DNA from: Balanoglossus misakiensis
Lineage: Eukaryota; Animalia; Hemichordata
Direction: 5' to 3'
Assembly (NCBI GenBank): GCA_040954595.2
Contig: CM082595.2
Location: 5,730,137 to 5,794,136 of the forward strand
DNA: 64,000 nt
In this document: in pieces, positions 28,251 to 48,165 of the stretch
How positions within the stretch are numbered: the stretch's first letter is position 1
Layout: each line of letters opens with the position of its first letter
Position numbers and translations under genes: made by a program
The notes under the pieces: model-generated
What the model was told of the DNA's origin: nothing
Seen by the model: the letters and a program-made list of their open reading frames with translations, nothing else
Databases searched by the model: none

Positions 28251-29653
28251 ACCCCTATCCCCACACCCATACTAGGTAATTAATTTCTTAAAAGAGAAAT
28301 GTACATTATTACATTGTGTTGATATCTTGATTTATATTTTTAAATCACATTATTTTATGAAGACTTTATTGAGTAATGTTATTTTCGTAAATAACATTAC
28401 TCTGTGATATAAACACAAAATCAGTTTGAATTTACTTTTATCATCAACTAGAATGGAAAGGGCATTTTTCTTTCCTTTGAATAGCCACTTCTGATTAAAT
28501 TTACTAAATACTTAAGAATAAGTGGATCAAATGTTGACTTGTCCATGGACTTGATTGTTTCACAGTACTGTAGTCTGGAAGTCAATGAGTCTGCCTGTTT
28601 CTTGAATGTCTTCCATCATCAGTCTACTATGACTGGACATCAGAAATATCAGGACATTAAGAAACTTATCTCGTTTGTGGCCAGTGGGCAATAATGATAA
28701 TGATCAATGAAGGCTCCATCACTGCATTTCCTAAAAAGCCAATTAAATGCCGAAGACAGTGAGCGGCGACCTTGAAGTTCAAACATTCAAGGTTTCACAA
28801 GCCGAGAGTTGTTGACTGATTGGATTGCGAAAAGTCAAAGTTTAGAGAATAATTTCATCCCCGGGGGGATGTGCTGAGTATAATCACTTTATCACATGGG
28901 GGTCTGAAAATGTACAGCAATTGATGTCTAGCCGGCATATGATGGCGAGTGACTCGCACTGTGTTACTTTTTGCATTAATAAATATGAAATTCGCTATTT
29001 TCAAATTCTGGGTATCATCATGTCTATTTCAACATGGAGACACTGCCTTCTGCGGCTCATCGACAAATAATACATCTTCTGTGCGATAAATCACGGCATG
29101 AAGACACGTTAATGCGCTAAGTAATATATTCTGAAGTCAGTTGGCCTAAACAGTGTTTCTCGTACGTAGAAATTATTGACATCCGATCATCCGATCTGGT
29201 TTTGCCGTCCAGAACAGAAACCAAGGCAAAAGCTCTCGAGCTACTGAATCGAACTGCAGCTCTACACGTATACATGCAACCGCTCCGTTTATAACATAAA
29301 TATTCACCGAAAACATCAAAATCGACTTGTTAAACGGGGAGAGATTGTGGGTGTTGTGATTTATGAGAGTAGATGTCTTGTAAAGCAGGACTTCAGCTTC
29401 GAGGGATGGAACTAGCTCACTCTAGACTATCTTGTTGCGCCCGGTCCAACATGTACCTGCTGCCATAGTGATTGTTTTGATGTCGTCTGCAACTTTTCAG
29501 CCGAAATTGGGCGTGTCCGGTTCCGGAGACAATGGCTGCTCATTTACCATCTGTTCCAAAACTTGTGTAACGCCCAAAACACTGGGTATCATCGGGCTGT
29601 CGGCGAAGTGCGAGAGACCCAAACATCGCATTTATTTTACGTGTGTACCTTAC

Positions 29654-29801
29654 CTTGAATGAGTCGGTGCCACAGACGACAGACGAGCGATGCCTGCTTC
29701 AGTCCATCATACGGAGACAAGTACGACAGGATACGTTCCAAGAGCTCCTCCGGCAGTTGATTGAAGTTAAGATGGAAAGCGGGAGGTGCGGCAGTCGCCA
29801 T
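29654..29801 (-). CDS. FBXO42: F-box only protein 42, coding exon 1 (F-box)
   Basis: Minus-strand ATG at 29801 reads MATAAPPAFHLNFNQLPEELLERILSYLSPYDGLKQASLVCRLWHRLIQ+G then GTAAG donor (phase 1); F-box pattern closely resembling human FBXO42 LPEEVLEYILSFLSPY...LVCKQWYRLIKG. Too short for the ORF track. Confidence 0.93.
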
Positions 29802-30285
29802 AGCTGGTTTGCACAGAGAGAAGATGACAGGATAGCTAGTCAGACAACATCATAAGGACAAATCATCAATGAAATCCCGAAGCAGCTGAAGCAAAGAGAT
29901 GTGATATCAACATAACCTCGATCGCGGCAGTAAAACTAACCGAGCTGAAGAAAAAAAACGACAATATTTAACATTGTGTTACCACCTACTTGACAATATT
30001 AGTGAGTCTATACAATATATTATTGTAAGAATTCCGGAGAACGTTGTATGATATGCAAATACGTGAAGATATTTCTCTGGAAAATTATACTGCGAAGGAG
30101 GCTGTAATTTTCAAAATGGCGACCTCCAGTTGAAGGTTGGCGTCAAAGTTAGTCATTTAGCCTTCCGATGTTTTCTCAAAGCTAAGCACTGCACCGTCGT
30201 AAATTAAGAAGAATGACGAGCAAGTGAAAGAAGGAAATAAGGATTTCTTGAAACATCTTCCATACGGCTTTGGTATCTCTAGAAG
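29802..30285. promoter_or_regulatory. Bidirectional promoter region FBXO42/CPLANE2, including a probable CPLANE2 5'UTR exon ending at 30285
   Basis: Divergent starts about 1 kb apart; YY1-type CAAAATGGCG at 30112-30121; AAG|GTAAT donor at 30285/6 and an acceptor at 30802 just before the CPLANE2 ATG. Confidence 0.6.
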
Positions 30286-30810
30286 GTAATTTTTTTCAAT
30301 ATTTATTCAGTCGTGACACCGACAGGTATAGGGCACCAGTGTTGCCTGTTGTGTTGGTAGCCTAGTACCTCGGCGTATTGTGTCTGTTGGCCATCGCCGG
30401 GAAACGACCCGGAAACCCCCTTCCATACTGCATTGTGGTAATTCATTGATAAGGTTAGATTTATCTCTGTCAACATCTGATCGATTTGCAGGAAAGTATT
30501 TGCGATTTGATCATGCAACCCCAGGAGGGCGCTCATCATGCATCACTTGGTTCTCGTAGGCATTCGTATAGTGTCAGTGTTTGCACATTATATCAACCTA
30601 GAAAATGCTGTGTCAGGGAACATTGCAATGTTTGGTAAACGATTTGGGAATCCTGGTAACACTTTTGTAGGGGACCCCAGGTAAAATGACTTGGGGAACC
30701 CTGGTAACATAAACCAGTGAAATGTACCCTGCTGTGTGTTTCATCTTGCAGTTTGTCGTGTCCATATACACTGTATTAAGTTTATTCATCATCTATACGT
30801 AGATCTGTTT

Positions 30811-33509
30811 ATGAAAACATTTGAAGTGACCATGGAAGAAAGAGGATCACTAGTACAACATGACTGGCACAAAACAACAGAAGGAAAAGAATATTTCAAC
30901 TCAGTCTTCAGAAACAATCGACGGAAAACCTTTGGTAAGTTGGAATATGAAACAAATTAGAATGCATTGCAGCATTAAGCTTTCCACCATGGCTGTCAAC
31001 TGTACGATTGCTCCCATACCTGTACAGTGAACGGGTCATTCTGAGCTATTCAAAGATACAGCTGCACTGACGAGCCAGATACAGTCACAATAATGTTGTT
31101 CACATTCGTCAAACCGACTGAAATTTAGGGCGACGTCATAAAGTAACTGTCCTTTGGGGACTTAGATTTTGTCTACCCACAAACCGCCATTTTACACGCT
31201 GTCTTCACCTGAATTCTCTATGACATACGCAAGAACTGAATGAAGTATCATCACCTCACCAAAGCTCCCTGCCATTCAGATTTTGCTTTAAAAAACACTA
31301 CTCTGATCTTTTTGCAGGTTTACTAGAAAGACCCAGTCTTTCACCGCAACTCAACATGGAGAGTGTCAATTACAAGATATTTCTCTCCGGCAAGGCAGGA
31401 GTTGGGAAGACTGCCACAGTTGCTAAGTTACTTGGGGTAGAAGTCCCCCCTACTCACTGTGAGACACCGGGTAAGTGTGTCAAGGATTGTCAAAGGATTT
31501 TCCCCTTAAACCCCGGTGCGGGGTATAAAAGACCCCCCAAATCAGTGGCGAATCTTAATGCCGTTTGACTGACAACAGACAACACCAACGATCTTGGCTC
31601 TATGAAAATCGGCCCAAACAGGTCCAAGCATAAAGAATTACACCACACAACGACAGTAGTTGGCTTTATAAACACACACAACATAAAGTTATCGACGAAA
31701 AAGTACACAAGCTTATGAAACAACGATGATTTTGGGAGAAATCTGGTTTCAGTGCTTTTCAGAACCGTCCCTGGGAAACAATAGCCACGCCATTCAAACA
31801 GTTGTCAATCGCGTGGAAGTGTGAAGTGTTCAATTATTTTCTGTGTAGATGAGAGCAATTACACAGTCATTATGCATGACGACCACTCCCAAATAAACAA
31901 CTATACAAACACACGTTAATCCGAACCCCAGGACTTTCCGCACTGGGGTTTAAGATAAGGCCAAGTTTTTAACCCTTACCCAACAACTGTCCATTGTTAA
32001 CTGGTAAAGGTTGGACCTATGCAACGAAATTGAGACTGTCTTGCCACCAACTACCCAAATTAAATGCCCACTACATATAGTGCACAGACTGCTGACAAGC
32101 TGAAGTATATTTCCACACACAGGGTGAACTTTGACAAGGACAAGAAAGTGAATTTGAAACAGAGAACAAGAATTCTTGAACTTATCAAAGGTGTTACAGC
32201 TACGTTGCCCCAACTAGCTGTAAATTTGATTCAGGCATATTTCGTTGCATGAAAACAAGCAATAACATTCATTTTTCTCCGACAGGAATACTGACATCCG
32301 TGGTGTACTGGCCAGCCAAGGTGGCTGACAGAATTTTGATGTTCAAATTCCATTTCTGGGATGCCGGGGAACAAGCACTGAAGAAGTTCGACCACATCTT
32401 GCCTGTGAGTATATCACCCTTTCAACACAATGGTTCAGTCCAAACCCATTGTTTTCTATGGCAAGGCTGGATCTCTACACAGGAAACTAGGGGTGAAAGG
32501 GTGAAAGAAAGATGAGATCTTATAATCCCTGTAAAATTAGGTGATGGTACCTTACACAGTATTTCAAAGCTTTTATCTGTAACAGTATATCATGGTTTTA
32601 TGTAGGAAAGCTGGAATGTTGGTTGATAGTGCGCCATCAACGGCTGATCAGTGAGAAATTGATATTCCAAAGCATTAGGGCAGCCAAAGGTCTTGCTTGG
32701 CCTGCACTAAATAATTATCTTGCAAAAGAGATGCAAAATTTGTACTGTGTTGGTTTTCTCCTCTCATACAAGGAAATATTTTTATGAAGTCGGATTTATG
32801 TCTACATCTTGTCTTTTCTCCATAGGCTTGCAAAGATAAAATGGATGCTGTGTTATTTCTGTTCTCATTCACTGATCGACCAAGTTTTGAAGATCTCTCC
32901 AACCAGATGGCAAGAATCGTGGACCCACAGGAAAATGTCCTCAAAGCAGTCGTGGGCACAAAATATCCTTTAATATAATGTTATCTTGATAAATCATCTC
33001 AGTAAAATTTGCGTTATACGCATACATGTAGGTGTGGATAATGTGGTATAGAGTCAAACCCCTCTTAGTGGCCACCCCTACATAGTGCCACTTTGTTACA
33101 GTCCCTGTGCAATTCACATGTGTGTTAATTAACCTCTATATAAAGGTCACCTCCCTATAAAGGCCAGTTTAGGAAAGTCCCTTGACTGGCCACTATAGAA
33201 AGGTTTGACTGTATAGAGAAATGGATTGATAATGCCAGAGATGATTAACACCTATCATTGTTTAGACCTTAACCCTGTCTCACATATGACCAGTACAGTC
33301 ACAGCGAAATTGCCAGTCGCGAGCTACGGGACTTCGAACACCGATACAAAGTCCCGATTCTGAAGATCAAAAACATCAACCGAGTGCAAATCAACGACAT
33401 GGAGAAATCGCTGGACGGGAAGGCGGAGCTGGCAGACGTGGCGCCTTTCCTGAACAGTCTGGCAGAAAGACTCTGGTACCGGGATCAGGTGGCTGTGGGG
33501 CTTGTGTGA
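30811..33509 (+). CDS. CPLANE2: Ciliogenesis and planar polarity effector 2 (RSG1, atypical small GTPase)
   Basis: Exons 30811(or 30832)-30934, 31318-31470, 32286-32404, 32826-32962, 33284-33509 splice in frame: GSLVQHDWHKTTEGKEYF...RRKTFGLLERP...YKIFLSGKAGVGKT...VVYWPAK...FWDAGEQALKKFDHILPAC...FSFTDR...VGTKYDQY...LAERLWYRDQVAVGLV*; collinear with human RSG1 throughout. Confidence 0.96.
31506..31953. mobile_element. TTAA-flanked non-autonomous TIR element in a CPLANE2 intron
   Basis: TTAAACCCCGGTGCGG ... CCGCACTGGGGTTTAA (one mismatch). Confidence 0.7.
32414..32505 (+). mobile_element. Family B mini-element
   Basis: CCCTTTCAACACAATGGTTCAGTCCAAACCCATTG...GGGGTGAAAGGG; similar to 44728-44819 and a fragment near 45875-45915. 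Confidence 0.75.
32963..33283 (+). other. U12-type (minor spliceosome) AT-AC intron of CPLANE2
   Basis: 5' end ATATCCTTT, branch-point CCTTAAC at 33267-33273, 3' end ...TCAC; only this junction restores GTK|YDQY (AA|A TAT GAC). Confidence 0.93.
33051..33211. mobile_element. TA-flanked MITE (CAGTCAAACC-type termini, pogo/Tc1-like) inside the U12 intron
   Basis: TA-GAGTCAAACCCCTCTTAGTGGCCA ... TGGCCACTATAGAAAGGTTTGACTG-TA, with internal GGCCAC/GGTCAC subrepeats. Confidence 0.75.
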
Positions 33510-34559
33510 TCATTCCTGTGGCAATTATCAGTGGACCTTATTTGAAAATGGCCAATTGTCAAAACATACAATTTTGTACCACTTGACTGCTGAGAAACAA
33601 GCACGACATGGCCATTTTCACGACCCTGTATGACCTCACCTAGAAGTTTGAAAATGTAATAATTTTTCACAAGTATTTATTACAATTTTGAGATTTAATT
33701 CTAAGATGTATATTTTTTATAAAATTGTACTTTCACACTTTACTTAGAATCATCTGATAAGCTGGAAAATCAGAATCAATCACTATTTTTCCCCAGAATC
33801 ACTGAAGAAATTAAAGTAATTTGATTAGGAATGGTAAAAACAGAAAAATTTGTTTATTCAAGAAACAAAATTCACATTTCAGCAAATCTCAATGATTGGA
33901 GGAAAGCAGATGTAATCTACTTTATAAAGAGAATACAAAAATATTTATATGAAAATTTACTTTGTGATTCAAAATCTTGTATTACACTAACAGATACTAG
34001 AAAGAAGTGAATCAACATGAAGTTCCATGTTACACTCAGTTGGAAAAAGTGATAATGTATGTAATAAACTTTTTTGTAATGAAAGGAAAAGTTTTGTGGT
34101 GTTTTTATGTTCTAATGCACACATAATGTGCATCCAGCCTCATTTCTAATGAGATATTCATTTGCCAATGAAAGTTTGGCATCTTTATGCCTACTCCGAT
34201 TCTGAATACTGTATCTACTCATCCCTTTTCCAAGGTTTATTCGTATGGGAAAGGTATCAGCCTTTGTAATCATTTGCATAGGTGCATAGTGGGCTGGCAC
34301 TCATGCTTGATCCTACACTTCGTCTCCTCAATTTTTTTCTTGGCATTACACTCGGGTGAATGTCATTGTGCAATAATTTGCAAGTATATAGCTGTCAGCC
34401 CTCCTGGCAAAAGTCAAGCAACCCTCCATTGAGGGACAAGTGATTATCACCTCTGATAATCAGAGTTTCACATTTCGGCTGAAATGTATAATACTGAAAT
34501 AGCAATGTCCATGTAGGATAATGAAGAAGATACATTGTCTTCAGCTCCTAAAGCCAACA

Positions 34560-37017
34560 CTACATGTATATCATAGAAGCCATTTCATCTTCTGTTTCAC
34601 AGGTGTCTTTGTATATCTGGAAAAAAAGAAAAAAAAGGATAGTCAAGACTACTTTGATATTACAATGTAGATTGTATTTCCAACACATCAAAACACAGTT
34701 TCAATCGACTTTTATTGAGATATTACTTACAAGTGACTTGCTGATTTCTAAGTTGAACTTTAATCCTGTGACCGAGGTCAAAGCTTCCTGTAGCCTTTCT
34801 ATACTCTGAAAAATAAAAGCAGAACTCATTATTGAAGATGACCATTTATTTTCCGAGTGTGATGGCTCTACATGAGTAAATATATTAGGATTAAGTCTGA
34901 CATATATACACATGGAAGAGGAAAATGATCACATTTGTATACATGAACCTGGATTCAGGTCCCTGTACAACTCATGGAAGAAAAGCGCCCTCGCATGTGC
35001 AGGTTTTTTTTACGTATCATGCCCCAGTCTGGTTGCCAAAATAAGGTTTTCTGATAAACGAATGGCATAATAATTGATTTGCAGATCTGTGCAACTCACC
35101 TGCAGAGAGCCATCTTGTTTATTCGCTGATCCAACCATCGCTTTGTGGCCGGCTACGAGCAGACACCTTGTTGGGATCTTCTCAACAATTAGGAATTGCA
35201 GAAGGATATTCAAAACGGCATCTGAAATGCGGGCGTCATTCGGTAGTGCTGGTAGCTCGGTTTCTATTTAAAAAGTTCACAAAAAATATATATACATTCA
35301 GTCTATAATCAAATTCAGTGTTTTTGTTAAGGGCGGTACCCAGGTAAATGTTACCAGGGTTCCCCAGCTATTTTACCAGGCTTCTCCTAGGTATATCAAT
35401 GCAGTCATGTTAGTAGGTAGCTGAAGCATTACTGGGGTTTCCAAGTCATTTACCAGTGTTCCCAAGTCTTAGCAAAAACACTGTCAATCCAATTACTGAT
35501 TTTGTTTCCGCTTGAAGGCAGACATGCAACTTCTTCTGAACTGTCCCCCTCATGCCCACCCTGGTGCCTCACAACGACCAAAACCAAACCTGTTCATCCA
35601 CTCAGGACCCCAGGCAGAATCAGGGCAGTCACTCACTATCCTCACCTGGGTCTAGGTTTATGCAGTTTTCATAGATACCATCTAACTGATGCGTTCTATT
35701 GGGATCAGATCTTATAGCTGCTGCAACTATGACCTGTTCCACATTACTGTAAGACAAAAGCAAAACAATACGAGCACAACTTTTGCAATGACTGTAACTG
35801 TTAGCAAACAGAAGATACATAATCAGTAGATTTGCATGGCAACACTAATAAAAGCACTGAGAAGCATGTGAGAAGCACTTTTAATAATGTCTGCCTTACC
35901 TTTGTGTGCATTCATCCACTATCTTGTTCAGAACATGGTGACAGTGTTCGCCAGATAACACTGTGTTTAAAACGATAATGGAATACTGGAAAAAAAACCC
36001 AGATATGATTTAATTATGCCCCATGTTTTGAGCATGTTGTTTTGGTAAATATGTGAATTAGCAGTTAGTTGACACGGGATTGCTACCAGGGTAATCATCT
36101 TTTCTGAACAACTGCATCAATGCACGAACAAGTATACCGTACATTACTTAATCAACGATTGAACAACTGCATCAATGCACGAACAAGTATACCGTACATT
36201 ACTTACATCAACGATTGAACTCATGATTGACCAACTGGTCGATTGACTATACTCACCTCTTCATAGCTACAATTCAAGACCTGCAACTGGTCAAAGTCTT
36301 TGTCCATGACTGAAATGGGTGGATCCCTGACACAGGCCGGTTTGCTGTCTGCTAGTTCAGGGACATCAAGGGTGCAGTAGGCTACTTTGTGTTCTATTCC
36401 AAAGACTGCCCGGCTGTCAATGTTACAACAAGAAATGTGTTACATCACATGAATATGTAGCTCTGCATACAGGTCTGTGTGTTCCTGGCGTTGCAGGCCG
36501 TGTAACGCCAGGAACACACAGACCTGTACGCAGAGCTAATGAATATGGTGTGATGTTCTGAACATTTGATGTTATGTACTTGATAGCTGACTCCAGACAA
36601 CAAGTATTCATTTGTTTTTAGTATATACATGTGATACATTTCTGTTTCCCATGAAAAGAACACAGGTGCAATTGACTTGACCAATGAGATTTCTCAACCA
36701 AAACATTTTGGTTTGTATACAAGCGAAAGATGAATAAAAATTAAAACAGGCCTCATCACGATTGTCCATGTGTGTTTCTTAGTCTGTCATCAACTTGAAA
36801 CCATGGCAATGATCAAGTATCATGTTTGCATCCACTGTATCCCAAAACAGAAGTGGTGGAACTGATGGGAGACTTTCTGAAGGCCACACGTAAAATTTGC
36901 TTTGGCCCTTCTCCAATGGGCCATTCTCCTGCATTATCCCATCAAAATGAACGTGGACACCTACCTCCCCGCCGCAGCGACATCAGTGTGTGCTATAATA
37001 ACTCGTTTCTTTAGCAT
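34560..37017 (-). CDS. Uncharacterised 230-aa protein, PAC2/Pba-like proteasome-chaperone pattern with C-terminal HbYX motif
   Basis: Seven GT-AG exons with consistent phases: 37017-36965, 36413-36257, 35985-35900, 35746-35646, 35263-35100, 34805-34731, 34616-34560 (693 nt). Protein MLKKRVIIAHTDVAAAGSRAVFGIEHKVAYCTLD...YSIIVLNTVLSGEHCHHVLNKIVDECTQSNVEQVIVAAA...LPALPNDARISDAVLNILLQFLIVEKIPTRCLLVAG...DEMASMIYM*. Gene structure is well supported; family assignment is inference. Confidence 0.8.
35316..35483. mobile_element. Short TIR element (CAGTG termini, hAT-like); related degenerate copy in opposite orientation at ~30610-30730
   Basis: CAGTGTTTTTGTTAAG ... CTTAGCAAAAACACTG; internal TTACCAGGGTTCCCCA units are the reverse complement of 30670-30710. 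No clean TSD. Confidence 0.6.
36105..36220. repeat. Two-copy 55-56 bp tandem duplication
   Basis: TGAACAACTGCATCAATGCACGAACAAGTATACCGTACATTACTTA(C)ATCAACGAT repeated with one indel. Confidence 0.92.
36458..36538. repeat. 81 bp near-perfect hairpin
   Basis: TAGCTCTGCATACAGGTCTGTGTGTTCCTGGCGTTGCA-ggccg-TGTAACGCCAGGAACACACAGACCTGTACGCAGAGCTA; 38 bp arms, 2 mismatches. Confidence 0.92.
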
Positions 37018-37647
37018 TTTGGGGTGTTCGTGTGACTTTGAGTCCTCTGGATCAGTTTTGCAGCTGGAGCATGTGTAGTTCAGGTCAGGTCAAAGGTTAT
37101 ACCATCAACTTGGCTACTGCATTATTAGTAACCTTGGATTCGCTGTACAAATCAACATTTTGGGATAACTTCAGAATTATTCGATTATTAATACATGAAA
37201 AATATATGAAAACTACGCTGGTGTATATTTTTGAAAAGTGTCCTTTACTTCACGTATCTTGGTCTGAAAATGGAAAGTTTTGATTGACCCATATTATAAA
37301 CGTCATCTTCACGCCTCTGACACGCCCCCATTTGTTGATAAACTGAACGTATGTTTGCAAGAACTCTGTTAATTACATTGTTATAATAATCGTTAATACA
37401 TAAATGGCCGTTAATATGATACTGCTACAAGTTAACTTTGTTGGGTAACACAATTGAAATGAACACATTCACACTGAAATCGAGTACGTCCGTACCGTGT
37501 GATCACATGTCAAAGGTTACACATGTATATGTAAGCAACCGGCCGGTCCACCTTTCAACTACAGTTAGTTGGGCCCCGGACACAGGTCGTGTACACCACA
37601 CAGGATTTATGTGACAGGCGGTGTTGTCGATAAGATCAGAACAAGTT

Positions 37648-46288
<8,641 letters not shown>

Positions 46289-48165
46289 ACCAACATTGGA
46301 GACAAATCACACTAACTATCCCTTAGTTTTTCACACTCAAAAATTCAACGACAGATAGCTCGTGCAGTTGGCTGAAGTTTCTTCCCTATATCTGAGTATT
46401 CTGAAGTAAACTATGATATAATACTTTCACATTGTGTGCTACAAGGGAAAATAAGTTTTAAAGTGAAGGCTACATTTAGTAACTTGCCATGGCTGGAGTG
46501 GTCACAAAAACAGAATGGCTGGGAACTTTTGAGTTCAGAGAATTTTACTGAATCCTGCGTAACTGTAAATAACCCCAAATCCATGACCACCACTGCTTCA
46601 CTTGTATTCTTGTGCAGGGTAATTCAATGGCAATCTGTTGTGCAAAAATTCTAGACTTTCCAGTTTTAATATGGTCACATTGTACATCGTACCCAGTTGA
46701 CATGGCCAAAGTTTGCCATGTGCTCTGCCGATGAAACAAATCAGTTTATTTCCCAAGCTCACTGTATCAGTGTTACGTTAGGTCTGCACATCAGCTGACT
46801 GGGTCACATTGAAGAAAATGTTTTACCAAACTTGTCAATTACATTTATAGGGTGAATTATACTTTGGCTGAGTAAATATTTACAAAGGAATAAAAAATAA
46901 GCAATATGAACAAATTATCATGCATTGCCAGGTTTCTGTGAAGACTGCAATGACATGTATGCAGTTGCCAGCTGAGGGTACAACTACATTTAAAACTTGT
47001 ATTTTTTATGTTTGCTGTGATGGACAAAATATCTATGAATGTTGTATCGTGTGTGATAAAATCCCATCGTTTAAACTGGATTTGTTATACAATATATTTT
47101 GTCAAAACACAAGGTGGCTAAGGCATGTGATTGAAATATGTGGTACTGTTTGTAGAGAGGGGAATCATGTAGTTTTGTTTTTGGCTTCGAACACCCCCAC
47201 CCCTGATCAAATTTACAAAATCAGGATTTCAGAATTCCAAAGCCATTCAGAAGAGTGCATGTGAAATCCCATACAAGACTGGATTTTTTTAGAACTTTCC
47301 ATTTATTACCAGGTGATCTTCCAGTATTAGAATTATACAATTGCATTAGCAATTTGTGAGTTGAATGTGAACATATACCAAAACCTCTGCTTGAAAATCT
47401 GTGATGTATATTTTTGTAGAGATAGATATGCCATGAATTCCTTAGGGTATTGGGAGAATGTGCAGTGAATTTTAGACTATTGGTAATTCATGTATACAAA
47501 GCGTACTGTGGTTACTTCAATTATGGAAATGGAAACTGTTCTGTATCGTGTTAGTTCAACCTTTTGAGGGTGTGCTTTGTAATAAACACCAGTTATAATG
47601 GTGAGGTTCTTGGTGTACAATAAAATTGATGGGCTTCATCTTGACTGCCAATTTTGTCTCAGTTTTCTGCTCGTTATTTCCATTATTTCAATAACTTTTA
47701 TTGCCACACAAAGTAGTGGATTCACATCAATGACATTACTATGATGCAAGGTCATGCACGGGTCATGAAAGTAGCCCAATGCACAAGAGAGTTGACTTGT
47801 ATATTGCTGTGGTACGCAGCTGTATCACAGCGAACTTGTATAAGGTGCTGCGAAACAGAATGACATAAAGCTTTCTGGGTGTTGTTTGGTAATAATTTAT
47901 TTGATTAAAATTGTATTTGTTCACAAGAAATGTTACGCTGAAATAAATGACAAGAATAACAAGGCACAATATAATTTAGAATAAAAACTGGCTGCTGTAA
48001 AAAGTGCTGAAGATTGTCCATCACATTGACCAAGAGAGTCGCTTGTTTGTGAAATGCCATCATTTAATAAAATATACAAAATACTGAAAAACTTCTTGAG
48101 ATTAAACTACTACGACAAGTCCATACAAACAATTTGCATAAAGCCACATAAAAAGGGACAGTTAG

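Noticed and set aside
30610-35483. Inverted repeats flanking CPLANE2 as one composite transposon that captured the gene
   Set aside because: The right copy has its own TIRs and sits in an intron of the neighbouring gene; two independent insertions are simpler.
37018-37142. Selenocysteine or readthrough N-terminal extension of the PAC-like ORF through an in-frame TGA
   Set aside because: At least two in-frame TGAs upstream, no in-frame start, and ATG 37017 has a good AAAATG context.
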